A stretch of DNA of 64,000 nucleotides from an uncultured virus (IMG/VR IMGVR_UViG_3300029258_002658). Taxonomy: Duplodnaviria; Heunggongvirae; Uroviricota; Caudoviricetes. Both the position numbers and the translations under genes were made by a program. Under the pieces are notes generated by a model, which made no database searches, had not been told where the DNA came from, and saw only the letters and a program-made list of their open reading frames with translations. This document shows, piece by piece, positions 18,014 through 28,568 of this stretch. Location: the IMG/VR virus record IMGVR_UViG_3300029258_002658; one strand, written 5' to 3'. Position 1 is the stretch's first letter; the number at the start of each line of letters is the position of its first letter.

Positions 18014-21000
18014 ATGCCGGATACCCCGACCACACTACCGCACCAGATTGCCGTCTACCCGGAAACCGAGGCGACTATGCTTCGACGGGTCACACTTGCT
18101 ATCCCGAACTACGGATGGGAAGCACGAGTAGATCTGCCGGTGAACATCCGGGGCATGTACAACTTCTACCGGTGGTTCGGTAGGCGCGGTTTCTTTGACG
18201 GCGTTTGGCCTGAATGGATCGCCCCGGATGGTAGCCTGCAAATGTGGGGGGCTCACTTCATGCGCCCCGAGGAGGCCCTACCAGCTTCACGGGTGTTAGG
18301 GGACCTGAAAGACTACCTCGATCATGGGTATGTCGATGTTCCAGGTGAAGGGGCTAGCGGAGTAGGGAGACGAGCATCACAGCTGGCCGAACAAGCCACC
18401 AACGAAGTGTTTGGGGAGCGGTATCTAAGTACATCTGAGCCGCGACGACCGGAACTCGTTACTCTGCCTGCGGGCGCGTACACCCCTGAAGAACGGGCTA
18501 CCCGCGAAGCCCAGATCCGACAGACCAATCTCCGCAATGCGGCTGCGTATCGCGAAGCGATGCGTCAGTGGGAAGCTGAACGGCCCTTCCGGGCACGGTT
18601 TGCCGGAGTTTCCGAAGCCCGTTGGAGAGGGTTCCGGAGCCTGTACCTGGAAGACATGCGATGGGTAGCTATCGAGCGCCTTAGCCACCGATGGATATAC
18701 GCCTCTGGGGACGACCTTCTCCTCGATAACTCTCCCCGGAGTCTCGCCAGCGCCATCCTTCGGCAGATGGGTAATGCTGCCATAGACGTGCTGCAACAAG
18801 CCTTGCATTCGCCGGAGGCCCGCGCTTCCTACGAAGATCCAAACGTCCCGGAAGAAAGCCGGATCATTCAACCGGTGGTCGAGTGGATCGAAGGGTACGA
18901 TCCGAAAGTAGCCGACTTCGTTCTCCATGCGGTGTACAACCTCCTTGCGGATACCCCATACACAGCTTCGAGTGGCCCCTACGGAGAGCGAAATCCTTCG
19001 ACCACAGAGGTAGCCAGGAACGCCCTGACTTTCCTGGTCAACTTCACCTTCCTACCGGGTGAGGCAATCAACCGTGCCACACCGGAAGCACCTGAAGCAC
19101 CCACCGTCTCCCGAGTAGAGGTCCCGCTTGGATTCCGCATCAACCGTGGAGACTACCTCGTCGCCAACATTCTTGGGCGGTACCACCAACCAGCACCTCG
19201 TCTAGAAGACGCCCTAGAAGAGCAAGCCCTACAACACCTCCCCCCACCGCTCCGACCCCTCTACAACGCCCTGCCCCACTACCGCCCTAACCCCGGCTCG
19301 CCACAAGTATCCCTGAAACGGATGTTTGTCATGCTCGGGGACACGGAGAAGAGGGTCCGCTTTCTCTACCTAGACCCCAGCTATCAGCGGTACATAGCCG
19401 ACCTCTACATCGAGTACCAGAACAACCCCACGCAATGGCTCCAACAGATTCAAGGGTTCGTCGGAGAAAACCACGGGGAAGTACGGTATCGAGTGACCCG
19501 ACACAAACGGGACACTGCTGGGAACGTACTCGAATCCCAGCCCCTAGGGGAAGCCTTCGGAGATCCATGGGAACTCAGCTGGGGTGAGTATCCGGATGTC
19601 GAGGCCACGGACACCATCAACCAAGGCCTGGAGCATGGCGCGATATACGGCTACTCGCTCCGCAGGGTCTTCGTAGACTCAGGATCCGGGAACGCCTACG
19701 TATCACCACCCACTCCGGTCGTTAGTGATTCCACTTACCAAGGGTACACCCCTCCTGGAGGAACAACCCTGCGGGCAGTGGTGGACGGCCTAACCGAGAG
19801 GGTGCAAGGGCAGTCCATCCAGACCTCTCGCTTCGGTGTCCGCTTGCGTTGGAAAGCAGCAGACTCTGCCTACCTCCCGGTCCGTTACCGTGTGACGCGA
19901 ACCGAAGACACCCGAGAAGTTCCGGTTCCTGTCGAAGGGACCTCAGCCACGGAAGAAGCGTGGTTCCAGTACGGGGAGTACCACCTGATACCCTACGTCG
20001 AGTCCGGCTCTCGACGGGTTCTCGGCCCACGGTCTGACCTCACAGTACCCGCGCCACCAGGGGTTCCTCGACTAACCATAACCGGGAGTCTGAACCCCTT
20101 TGCCATCGACGGTGGTCTTCGCACCAAGATCTCCCAGCAGTATGTCCTCGCTCAGTGGAAGGTCCCCACCCCTGACACGAGCAAGATCGACGCCTTTGAG
20201 GTCAGGACCCGTGACCTTGGCCCACGACGGCCTACGCCGGGGTACAGCAGACGAGCATCAACCTTCAGGACCCAACGCTACCGCCTCCCCGAAGTTCAAC
20301 CGAACGCACCATCCGTCGATCCTCGAACGGGCACCGATCCGAGTAGTCCCCGGCCTCTAGAACCTGGACGGCTCTATCGGTCTGAGATTGGAAACGACAC
20401 CTACTTCCTGGTATTGGCAGGCCGTCTTTCCTCGCCGGACCATGTCTACGAAATCCAGGTGATACCTAGTGTTCGGAAGACTTCCAGTGTTCTCTATCAC
20501 CTACCCGAACCGCTAGGTCAGTTTGCGGATCCTAACCCGGCAGCCAACCACGCAGCCACCCAACCACCCCCACCTACCTCTCCACCCGATCTCTCTGCAA
20601 CCCTTGTCAAAGGACGACCTGGAGAAGGATACGACGCCCAGATCGCCTGGGACATCCCACAACGTGCTATCGGTATCAGCGTCCTGAAGTACAACTCCCT
20701 AGCGAACTCCAACTCAGGGAGTCCCGACGAAGCTGCCTCTAGTCGTTACGCCTGCACAGCGTCCAGTTTCTACGGTGAGAGCCCCGCAGGGGAACCCATT
20801 GCCCTCCAGGATAGGCCTACTCCTGAATTGGGGCGTCGAGAGGCCTACCCAATCCCTCAGTACGGAGGCCTCGGACAGCTTTTCGCAGTACGGACTCGTG
20901 CCTACGGATGGGGAGGAGTGAGCGACTTCACCCCGGATAGCCACACCCCTGTGCTATTCGTACCTCCAGCACTACCGCGCAACGCCGCTTTGTGGATGAT

Positions 21001-21949
21001 CCGGAAGTATCCAGGGGAGACGCGGACCATCATCACCTGGGATCCAGCAGAAGGAGCCGTTCCTGATACCACCACGGTCGAGGCCTGGGTCGTTCCTCCA
21101 GCAGGCGAAGGATTCCGAGTCGTCCCGCCTCCGCCGTCCCGAGAAGAAGGGATCCAAGCCTGGGTAGCTTGGGCAGAACAGTGGGGTGCGCTGCCCTACA
21201 TCCGCCGCCACGTACTAGCTGGTGTACCTACATCTGAAGATCCTGACCGTTTCCGCTGGGAGATCCCGCACACCCTTACAGGCTCCGCTAGGGAGGCCTG
21301 CGAAGGGAACATAGGTCGTCTCAACTACACCCAAGCCCTTGCGAATCTGAAGGCGAAATACGACCAGTACTTCAACTTCCGCAGAAACATTCCAGCAGGG
21401 TACGAATACACCGAGATCAATCGAGCAGACCTCCGCTTCCGTATGGCAGCGGAACGCCAAGCCACCGGTATCGGGTACACCGGTCTCACCAACCTCCTGT
21501 TTGTGATCCGGCCTAACTTCCGCAGCAGTAGTAGCGTCCAGAACGTATGGGCCTATTACGAAGGGGCGCTTCCAGAAAGCCTGGACTGGGAGGGCGTTCG
21601 TCAGATCCCGATCTTCGAGAGTTCTCAGTTCCTGGGTCGGATGCCCGGTGCTTGGAGTACAGAACGGTCTCGGCTCCCCTACGAGGGTGAACTCTACGAA
21701 GTGCCACCGAACCTCGTCGCACCCTTCGTCGTGCCGTCGAACTACCCCGACGTAGTGAAGGAGGTCTGGACACAGGTATCAGGAAACCGACCTGTCCCTC
21801 CAGGAGGTTGGCAGCAGTTGGAGATCGCGCCTCCAAAAACCGCCCCACCCCCAGCAGCTAGCCCTGGAGCGGGGTTGCTGTTACTAGCCCCCCTCCTATT
21901 GCTCGGGCTATCTACCTCTGGCCCTGAAGAACCGAGCGACGAAGGCTAA
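18014..21949 (+). CDS. large protein with FN3/Ig-like beta segments and C-terminal membrane anchor (putative virion surface protein)
   Basis: 1311 aa; repeated L.W...Y.V.R patterns; Pro-rich linkers; terminal AGLLLLAPLLLLGL. Confidence 0.6.
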   Translation: MPDTPTTLPHQIAVYPETEATMLRRVTLAIPNYGWEARVDLPVNIRGMYNFYRWFGRRGFFDGVWPEWIAPDGSLQMWGAHFMRPEEALPASRVLGDLKDYLDHGYVDVPGEGASGVGRRASQLAEQATNEVFGERYLSTSEPRRPELVTLPAGAYTPEERATREAQIRQTNLRNAAAYREAMRQWEAERPFRARFAGVSEARWRGFRSLYLEDMRWVAIERLSHRWIYASGDDLLLDNSPRSLASAILRQMGNAAIDVLQQALHSPEARASYEDPNVPEESRIIQPVVEWIEGYDPKVADFVLHAVYNLLADTPYTASSGPYGERNPSTTEVARNALTFLVNFTFLPGEAINRATPEAPEAPTVSRVEVPLGFRINRGDYLVANILGRYHQPAPRLEDALEEQALQHLPPPLRPLYNALPHYRPNPGSPQVSLKRMFVMLGDTEKRVRFLYLDPSYQRYIADLYIEYQNNPTQWLQQIQGFVGENHGEVRYRVTRHKRDTAGNVLESQPLGEAFGDPWELSWGEYPDVEATDTINQGLEHGAIYGYSLRRVFVDSGSGNAYVSPPTPVVSDSTYQGYTPPGGTTLRAVVDGLTERVQGQSIQTSRFGVRLRWKAADSAYLPVRYRVTRTEDTREVPVPVEGTSATEEAWFQYGEYHLIPYVESGSRRVLGPRSDLTVPAPPGVPRLTITGSLNPFAIDGGLRTKISQQYVLAQWKVPTPDTSKIDAFEVRTRDLGPRRPTPGYSRRASTFRTQRYRLPEVQPNAPSVDPRTGTDPSSPRPLEPGRLYRSEIGNDTYFLVLAGRLSSPDHVYEIQVIPSVRKTSSVLYHLPEPLGQFADPNPAANHAATQPPPPTSPPDLSATLVKGRPGEGYDAQIAWDIPQRAIGISVLKYNSLANSNSGSPDEAASSRYACTASSFYGESPAGEPIALQDRPTPELGRREAYPIPQYGGLGQLFAVRTRAYGWGGVSDFTPDSHTPVLFVPPALPRNAALWMIRKYPGETRTIITWDPAEGAVPDTTTVEAWVVPPAGEGFRVVPPPPSREEGIQAWVAWAEQWGALPYIRRHVLAGVPTSEDPDRFRWEIPHTLTGSAREACEGNIGRLNYTQALANLKAKYDQYFNFRRNIPAGYEYTEINRADLRFRMAAERQATGIGYTGLTNLLFVIRPNFRSSSSVQNVWAYYEGALPESLDWEGVRQIPIFESSQFLGRMPGAWSTERSRLPYEGELYEVPPNLVAPFVVPSNYPDVVKEVWTQVSGNRPVPPGGWQQLEIAPPKTAPPPAASPGAGLLLLAPLLLLGLSTSGPEEPSDEG

Positions 21950-21968
21950 CCAACAAGAGGAGGCTCAG

Positions 21969-22190
21969 GTGGCTTTCCCTAACGACCCCGAGATGAACAC
22001 CCCCAAACGTCTCGCCCAGTACATACTGGCTGACGCAGTGGCAGTAGCCCGAGGCTACTGGACGGAGAAGGATATAGCAGGGGACATCGAACTCACCGAA
22101 CGTGAGAAGGCGCTCGTAGACGACCAACTCAAGAAGTTAGGGGACCGAATCGCCAAGCTGCTGGGGTACACCGAATCCTGGTCGGGGTAG
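21969..22190 (+). CDS. small hypothetical protein
   Basis: GAGGAGG RBS, GTG start, 73 aa. Confidence 0.6.
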   Translation: MAFPNDPEMNTPKRLAQYILADAVAVARGYWTEKDIAGDIELTEREKALVDDQLKKLGDRIAKLLGYTESWSG

Positions 22191-22191
22191 C

Positions 22192-23385
22192 CTATCGCAT
22201 CGCCTTTTCCGGAGCCCAGGCTCCGAGCGCCCCGTCGAGACGCGCCCGCTTCAGTAGTTGGACCACCACCCCAAGATCCGCAGGATTTCCGCCATACGCA
22301 GGGGATTGATACTTCGAGAGGCTGATCCGGACAATGCCCATACGGTAGGGTTCGGGGACGCCCATCGCCTTGACTGTGGCGGATGGTGACATCGCCGCGA
22401 GGCAGGAACACGCGGACCCAGTGCCAACGCACACACCTCGCTCGCTCAGGTAGTCCTGCACCAACCTACCGTGGGTGTTCTTGAAGGCGAGCAGCAGTGT
22501 GTTCGGAGTCCGGGGAGCGAGATCGCCCACAACGAAGACCCCGTCGCGGAAGGTCTGGACGATCTCCTCCTGGAGCGCATCCCGAAGCGCCCGCACTTGT
22601 GAAGCCATCACCGGCAGCGCCTCTTCCCCGAACCCACACGCGGCTCCCAGGCCTACGATGCCAGGGACGTTCTCGGTGCCACCGCGCCGGTTGCCCTCCT
22701 GTGAGCCTCCTACCATCAACGGACTGAAGCACACGCCACGCTTCACAAGGACTGCCCCAACCCCCTTCAGTCCGTGGAACTTGTGGCCTGCGAAGACGAA
22801 GTAGTCGGCCCCTAGCTTTCGGAAGTTGATCGGGATCTTACCCACAGCCTGGGTACCATCAACATGCAGGAGGGCTCCTCCTGTTTTGGCCACCTTTGCA
22901 ATGTCTGCTACAGGGTTGACCACGCCGGTCTCGTTGTTGGCGAGCATCACCGACACCAGCGCCGTGTTCGGGCGCATGGCCTTCTGTATCGCCTCAGGCG
23001 TGATGACCCCACGTCGGTTGGGTTCTACCGGAGTAGCTTCGAAGCCATCGAAGTGACACATACACTCCGTTTTCCGGGCGACGGCAGGGTGTTCCAAAGA
23101 CGAGACTACGATGTGACGCCGTTGGGGCTGGCAAACCTTGACGCTGTGCAGGACTGCGTTGTCGCCTTCGGTTCCTCCTGACGTGAACGTCACCTCCTCC
23201 GGAAAGCATCCGAGGAAGCTAGCCACAGCTTTCCGCGCCCGCTCCACACCTTCCTTGGCAAGGGATCCCAGGTAGTGAGCAGACGAAGGGTTCCCATAGA
23301 TCTCAGTGAAGTACGGGATCATGGCCCGCACCACGCGATCATCGACGCGGGTGGTGGCGTTATTGTCGAGGTAGAGCAAGGGCAT
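22192..23385 (-). CDS. iscS: cysteine desulfurase (IscS/NifS/DndA family, PLP-dependent)
   Basis: YLDNNATT, GNPSS, FTSGGTE, EHPAV, ANNETG, GHKFHG (PLP Lys), GSACS (catalytic Cys). Confidence 0.93.
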   Translation of the reverse strand: MPLLYLDNNATTRVDDRVVRAMIPYFTEIYGNPSSAHYLGSLAKEGVERARKAVASFLGCFPEEVTFTSGGTEGDNAVLHSVKVCQPQRRHIVVSSLEHPAVARKTECMCHFDGFEATPVEPNRRGVITPEAIQKAMRPNTALVSVMLANNETGVVNPVADIAKVAKTGGALLHVDGTQAVGKIPINFRKLGADYFVFAGHKFHGLKGVGAVLVKRGVCFSPLMVGGSQEGNRRGGTENVPGIVGLGAACGFGEEALPVMASQVRALRDALQEEIVQTFRDGVFVVGDLAPRTPNTLLLAFKNTHGRLVQDYLSERGVCVGTGSACSCLAAMSPSATVKAMGVPEPYRMGIVRISLSKYQSPAYGGNPADLGVVVQLLKRARLDGALGAWAPEKAMR

Positions 23386-23484
23386 CCCTTTTCTCCGTGC
23401 AGCGTTACACACTAGCGATAGCAATGCGATCTTAGCCCTCAGGGAAGGTGTGGGCTAGACTGAAGGGGGCATCCACCGGGAGCG

Positions 23485-23511
23485 CGAAACTGCAAAAGTT
23501 TTTCAGTTTCG
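23485..23511. promoter_or_regulatory. 27-bp palindromic site, copy 3
   Basis: CGAAACTGCAAAA-G-TTTTTCAGTTTCG between divergent iscS and ORF 23588. Confidence 0.7.
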
Positions 23512-23587
23512 GGATCTGGAGCATAGGAGTGGGTGCCGAGGTCTAGCGGAGACTTGAACCCGCGTGTAGGCTTCTAGGAGCCACGAC

Positions 23588-26233
23588 ATGCTCCTTACGC
23601 AGGATTCGACCATGAAGATCAACGCGGTATCCGGCCCTGTGCCGAGTAACTTCAAGAGTGAATACAACGGCTTCGTTTCGGCGCTGTCCGGTCTGAGTCA
23701 AGCGAAGGGGATTGTGTTCCCCAGTTCCTTGGTGCGGCTGGTGCAGCTGGCTCTGGCGAAGCCGGATCTGTTTGAGGTACTGTACGGCTACCGCCCTAAG
23801 GCCGACGACATGCGACCCATTCGCCAGGGCGAGTATCGCACCGAGTGGCGGGCCGCACAGTTCCTCCTGGATCTAACCTACCTCCAGGTGGTCTACAACA
23901 TCTACGACAGCGGGAACTCCCTGGCAGGACGATTCATCCGGACGTTGGAGAAGGCTCCCCAGAAACCCCTCCCGCTGCCTATCTTGAAGCGCGTTCTTCG
24001 TACAGGGGGCCTGCCCTCTGTCGCCGCTATCGAGAGGGACTTCCGGGACACCTTCCCAGTGGTCTATCAGCAGACCGCAAGTCGAGCCGGTGTACCGGCG
24101 CTGATGGAAGAGGAGCAACTACTCGAAGCTGAAGAGCCTCTGGTGAAAGGGTTCGCGATCAAAGAGGTGAGGCGGATCTGGCACCAGTTCCCTACCGAGG
24201 CCCTGCGCTACCTTGTTGCGATGGGTATCGCACCACCTGAGCCTTGGTCGCTGTACCACCCGCCTTCTTGCACCAACCTCCATGCCCAGGTGGTCCGCTT
24301 CGTTGCTCTCGTGGAGCAGGCTCGTGCGGCGGCGGTGGCTTGGATGCGTGAGGTTAGCCCCCAGCCCTCCATCGAACCCGATCTCCCCGTCTGGAATCTG
24401 GGGGGACTGGATGCCTACCGCCCACTCCAACCCATCATCAACGCCTTCCGTGGCGATGGCCCTTCCGGCTTCATCCGCACCGAGGTGTTCCTCAGTGCCA
24501 TTTTGCTCGCCTCCTTTGCCAAGAAGTACGGCAAGTCCGGCCTACGCCAGGGTCTCGCGAAACGGTTCGGGGCGCAAGCGGTGTCGTGGATGGAGTCGCG
24601 GCCCTCCCTGGCCCTCTTCAACGAGGTCTTCGACTATCCGAACGACTTCGTAGGGGCACTCGGCTTCCGCCGGGTGATCGACCTACCTCGCGACTACTTC
24701 GACATCCTCTCCATCGACGTACAGTGCCCGTGCCCCTACGAGATGGAGTTCTTCTTCGAGCCTCCAGCGGAAACCCCTCCGATCCCATCTACACCCTACA
24801 TGCCGCCGGGAAAGGGTGGTCCACCAGTAGTGCCTCCGACCACCACCCCGCCATGGGAAGACATTCCGCCTTGGAAGGATATCCCTCCGACGAAGACTCC
24901 ACCTACCCGCGACACCCCCAAGATCAAGACCCCGATCACACGGAGGCCGGAGCCCAAGGAGCAAGAGGAACTACCCCCTATCGAAGAACTCCGTACGCCC
25001 GACGACCGGATCGTGGTGACGCCTCCCTCTCCAGGTGAGACCATTTCTCCCCCTAGCGCGAGGACAGTTACCCCTCGGGTGTCACAACGTCCCCCATCGG
25101 CAGTTGCGCCTACGGACACGATCTCACAACGCCCAGCAGTACGTCCAGGTACCGACACAACACCTCGACCGTCTGCCATCGCTCCTACGGACACGATTTC
25201 GCAACGCCCAGCAGTACGTCCAGGTACCGACACAACACCTCGACCGTCTGCCATCGCTCCTACAGACACGATTTCGCAACGACCGGCAGTACGCCCAGGC
25301 ACTGATACAACGCCTCGCCCTGAGCCGAAGCCAGGGGAGATCGTCTTCGATGACCGGATCATGCGTCCGGCTCCAACGGATACGGTACCTTCCGACCTGA
25401 TTCGTCCTGCGACCCCTTCCCAACGCACGGACGCAACGCAGGATGCGACTCGCCCTTCTGCGTTCCCGCATCTATTGCCTCGGGATCGAGACGAAGCGAG
25501 CCCGATCAGCGACTTCCTACGCCGCCCGAGGTCGGGACCTCCGACAATCATGCCGGACGACTCAGTGCCTTCGGACAGGGTCCAACGCCCATCCCAGCAG
25601 CCGAGTCCCATCAGCGACTTCCTACGCCGCCCGAGGTCGGGGCCTCCGACAATCATGCCTCCCCAGGTGGAAGACTCCAGACCGGAGAATCTTACCTCAC
25701 CGCTGTCGGATCGCTCTGTAGAAACCGATACCTCAGTAGACGCTACGATGTTTACGAGAGACGCCCAGTCCTTGCTCACGGACTTGAAAGACGCGGTGCA
25801 GAAGCAACAACAACAGCAACAACCTGCGGACATCACTACGAAGCCGCATACCGCACCCAGCGATGCGTCCGTGTCGCGGTTCACACCACCACCTCGCCCG
25901 ACAACCACTCCTTCGGCTGATCTATCGAAGCGGCCTCCTGCGAGTATCCGGCCCACTACTCGTGAAACCGCCGACAAAACCAAGCCGAAGCCCAAAGCCG
26001 ACCTCGCCAAGGCTCCGCAGGATACGGTACCGGCTTCATCGTTGTCAGACCGGCCTCAAACAGGAGGGGGCGGTCTCGTGTTCGGGTCAGCCATCATGGC
26101 ATCCACCCGTCCCCACACTCACAGAGGTGCAGGGTCGGCGGGTGGAGGCAGCATCTATGGAGCCATCGGAGATTCTGTTCTGATCCCTGCGAAGTTCATC
26201 CGCAAGCCACCGAGCCCGAGCGAGGGTCCATAG
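23588..26233 (+). CDS. hypothetical protein: globular N-half plus long Pro/Thr/Ser-rich repetitive C-half
   Basis: AGGAG RBS; 881 aa; internal tandem repeats. Confidence 0.7.
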   Translation: MLLTQDSTMKINAVSGPVPSNFKSEYNGFVSALSGLSQAKGIVFPSSLVRLVQLALAKPDLFEVLYGYRPKADDMRPIRQGEYRTEWRAAQFLLDLTYLQVVYNIYDSGNSLAGRFIRTLEKAPQKPLPLPILKRVLRTGGLPSVAAIERDFRDTFPVVYQQTASRAGVPALMEEEQLLEAEEPLVKGFAIKEVRRIWHQFPTEALRYLVAMGIAPPEPWSLYHPPSCTNLHAQVVRFVALVEQARAAAVAWMREVSPQPSIEPDLPVWNLGGLDAYRPLQPIINAFRGDGPSGFIRTEVFLSAILLASFAKKYGKSGLRQGLAKRFGAQAVSWMESRPSLALFNEVFDYPNDFVGALGFRRVIDLPRDYFDILSIDVQCPCPYEMEFFFEPPAETPPIPSTPYMPPGKGGPPVVPPTTTPPWEDIPPWKDIPPTKTPPTRDTPKIKTPITRRPEPKEQEELPPIEELRTPDDRIVVTPPSPGETISPPSARTVTPRVSQRPPSAVAPTDTISQRPAVRPGTDTTPRPSAIAPTDTISQRPAVRPGTDTTPRPSAIAPTDTISQRPAVRPGTDTTPRPEPKPGEIVFDDRIMRPAPTDTVPSDLIRPATPSQRTDATQDATRPSAFPHLLPRDRDEASPISDFLRRPRSGPPTIMPDDSVPSDRVQRPSQQPSPISDFLRRPRSGPPTIMPPQVEDSRPENLTSPLSDRSVETDTSVDATMFTRDAQSLLTDLKDAVQKQQQQQQPADITTKPHTAPSDASVSRFTPPPRPTTTPSADLSKRPPASIRPTTRETADKTKPKPKADLAKAPQDTVPASSLSDRPQTGGGGLVFGSAIMASTRPHTHRGAGSAGGGSIYGAIGDSVLIPAKFIRKPPSPSEGP
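25106..25320 (+). repeat. 75-bp coding tandem repeat (~3 copies)
   Basis: APTDTISQRPAVRPGTDTTPRPSAI units; CCTACRGACACG recurs at 25109, 25184, 25259. Confidence 0.9.
25498..25659 (+). repeat. 57-bp coding direct repeat (2 copies)
   Basis: SPISDFLRRPRSGPPTIMP at 25498-25554 and 25603-25659. Confidence 0.9.
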
Positions 26234-26236
26234 CCT

Positions 26237-27397
26237 ATGTCTGCCGAGTTGCCTGCCGAAGAAGCTGTGGCGATCCTCGAAGAGGCTTCGAGGCGAGGGA
26301 TCGTCCATAAACGCCCTTCGGGGGCACAGGCTGAGTCGTTCCTTCAGTGGTACCTCCGGCAACTCGGGTACGAGAAGAACCGTTGGGGGTCGTACGACAA
26401 AGGCAAGCGCCGGATCAAGTTCACGGCGCGGAACATCCAGATATTCACGAAGGGTTCGGCGTCACGGTGGGTCAAACTAGGCAGCCACCCCATGATTGGG
26501 TACGCCGCTGATCTCATCAAGTTAGCGGCTAGCCACGGCACGACCGAGCAGAAAGAGCAGGTAGAGGCGCAGGCAAAGAAGACCACGGCGAAGAAGAAGA
26601 AAGCCAAGGCCAAGGCCACAGCCAAGGCTCAGGCAAAGCTGCTGGAGGAACACGCAGGGAAGCTAACGGAGTACCGCTACCCCGAAGGCCGGGAAATCGC
26701 TGCACAATACGCCCTTGGGGATCCTGCTGCTGAGGATAGGTATGGGGCACTCTACCAGGACACCCTCGACCACCTGAAAGGGATCCCCAACATCGCGACC
26801 ATGATCCCGAAGCGGGATGATCGTCTGGTGTCCTTGTCCAAACCCCCATTCCGCCCACTCTTCGCTCCGGACATGTCCTACCAGTGGGTTGAGGATCGGA
26901 CCCCTATCGAATTGCTCAGCAAAGGGCCTGGGTGGGGCCAGAAGATGGTAGTTCGCATCGGGACCATGGGATCTCTCACACCCGCCGTGGATCCGGTGAC
27001 GCTGAAGATCGAGGTCCCTTCTTTCTTCTGGGACGAGGGCGAGGTCGATTTCCAGGGCCAACTTGCAGGCTACATCCAGGTCCAACACTACGACAGCGGC
27101 TCCCTCTTCGAGCCCGTCCTGGTTTTCATTTCGGCTTCCGAGAGGCACAGAGGGTACGGCACGTTCCTACTACGCCTCTGGTGTCGGCTTCTCCAAGGGT
27201 ATGGGTTACGACAGTTCGTAGCTGTTGGAATTGGCGAAGAGGGGATGGCATTCCTCGATAGACTGCATGAGAAAGGTCAGCTGACGGTAGAGATCATCCC
27301 CGGCACCAAGACCGCGTTGGTCACCTGCGCTTTCTCTCCTACACGCAAGTTACCTTTCACCACCTCTGGCGGTTCTCGCCGCCTCTTCAGCTACTAA
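26237..27397 (+). CDS. hypothetical protein with C-terminal GNAT-like acetyltransferase motif
   Basis: FISASERHRGYGTFLL resembles GNAT motif A (R-x-x-G-x-G); Lys/Ala-rich linker. Confidence 0.5.
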   Translation: MSAELPAEEAVAILEEASRRGIVHKRPSGAQAESFLQWYLRQLGYEKNRWGSYDKGKRRIKFTARNIQIFTKGSASRWVKLGSHPMIGYAADLIKLAASHGTTEQKEQVEAQAKKTTAKKKKAKAKATAKAQAKLLEEHAGKLTEYRYPEGREIAAQYALGDPAAEDRYGALYQDTLDHLKGIPNIATMIPKRDDRLVSLSKPPFRPLFAPDMSYQWVEDRTPIELLSKGPGWGQKMVVRIGTMGSLTPAVDPVTLKIEVPSFFWDEGEVDFQGQLAGYIQVQHYDSGSLFEPVLVFISASERHRGYGTFLLRLWCRLLQGYGLRQFVAVGIGEEGMAFLDRLHEKGQLTVEIIPGTKTALVTCAFSPTRKLPFTTSGGSRRLFSY

Positions 27398-27403
27398 AAC
27401 GCC

Positions 27404-28450
27404 ATGGCTAAGACTACCGACCCCACCGTTGCGAACACCATCCACCAACAGATCGTCCATGCGGACTTCTGGGCTCTTCCTTCGTGCGGGGCGCAAGCCC
27501 ACACCTACAATGCGAAGAGCATGACCTATAAAGTGGGCGGTGGGCCAATGCGGTTCATCACCATCACGTTGAACCCCAGGGACCTCTACGACGTGGAGTT
27601 GTTTCGGATCAAACGAGGGTCCTACGACAGGGTGACCATGGCCGAAATGGAAGACATCTACGCCGACAAACTGGCGTCGGTTGTCCGTGATCTATGTGCT
27701 GGCAAGCGGACCACCGCTGGCTTCCACTCCCAGATCCCCACGTTCCAAACTTCAGACGGGTACACCCTGTACTACTTGAACGACATGTGGGTGGACTCTC
27801 TCGACCCCAAAACCATCGACATGACCTTCCAAGCCGACGAGAACGGTTACCCCATCGACGTGAATGGGGAGCGCCTCGACGGCCAGTACACGGACCCGGC
27901 CTCCCTCGAAGTCAGCGGCACAAAACGTCTACCGAAGCTACGCGATTCAATCGGGACTTTCGGTAACATCAAGACCGTTAAACACCTCCGCGAGGCGTTG
28001 TTATCAGCCAGCCAGCGACTGCGTGAGTTGGGACATAACAACGTCGCCACCGACTGGGAAGAGCGCGTTCGTAAGATGCCCTCCCGAATGGGTAAAGAGG
28101 CCATCAACTACGTGCTTCTATCCGCTTGCCGTGAAGTAGAGAAGCTGAAACTGCCTCCCGGTGAAATGACTGTCAGTGGCTCTGGGGGCCGGAGGCAACC
28201 AAAACGCCGCCAACTACGCGGCGGAAAGATCAACCCACCGACGATCAAAAAACTATACGAGAAGGAACAGCCGGTCGTAGGTGATACTTTTGTGACGAAA
28301 GGCGGCAAGGTGTGGGAGGTTGCTAGCGTCGAGCCGTACGACGCAGGGGGCCGTAGTAAGGCGAAAACGAAGATCGTAGTGGAATACACCCAGAATCGTC
28401 AGCACCGGGTAGAAGTCTTTACCGAAAAAAGTTGGGCCAATCGACAATGA
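27404..28450 (+). CDS. modular (polyvalent-type) hypothetical protein
   Basis: About four small domains separated by TTAG/EVSG/TVSG linkers; N-domain VANTIHQQI..DLYDVELF..DIYADKL. Confidence 0.65.
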   Translation: MAKTTDPTVANTIHQQIVHADFWALPSCGAQAHTYNAKSMTYKVGGGPMRFITITLNPRDLYDVELFRIKRGSYDRVTMAEMEDIYADKLASVVRDLCAGKRTTAGFHSQIPTFQTSDGYTLYYLNDMWVDSLDPKTIDMTFQADENGYPIDVNGERLDGQYTDPASLEVSGTKRLPKLRDSIGTFGNIKTVKHLREALLSASQRLRELGHNNVATDWEERVRKMPSRMGKEAINYVLLSACREVEKLKLPPGEMTVSGSGGRRQPKRRQLRGGKINPPTIKKLYEKEQPVVGDTFVTKGGKVWEVASVEPYDAGGRSKAKTKIVVEYTQNRQHRVEVFTEKSWANRQ

Positions 28451-28568
28451 CCACACTCCAAGACCTCACGGACCTCCTGGAGGTCCAACTGGAAGTGGGT
28501 CCAGACCACCGCGCCCATCGGGAACACTTGGGTGGCCGAAGCCGTCCCGTAGACCGTAGAGCCTAACC

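Noticed and set aside
4793..23385. Complete Dnd/Ssp phosphorothioation system
   Set aside because: Only a desulfurase and an associated MTase-like gene 15 kb apart; no DndB-E or SspB-D homologues recognised
25106..25659. Repeats as a CRISPR array
   Set aside because: In-frame coding repeats; the 75-bp units are contiguous with no unique spacers; no cas operon
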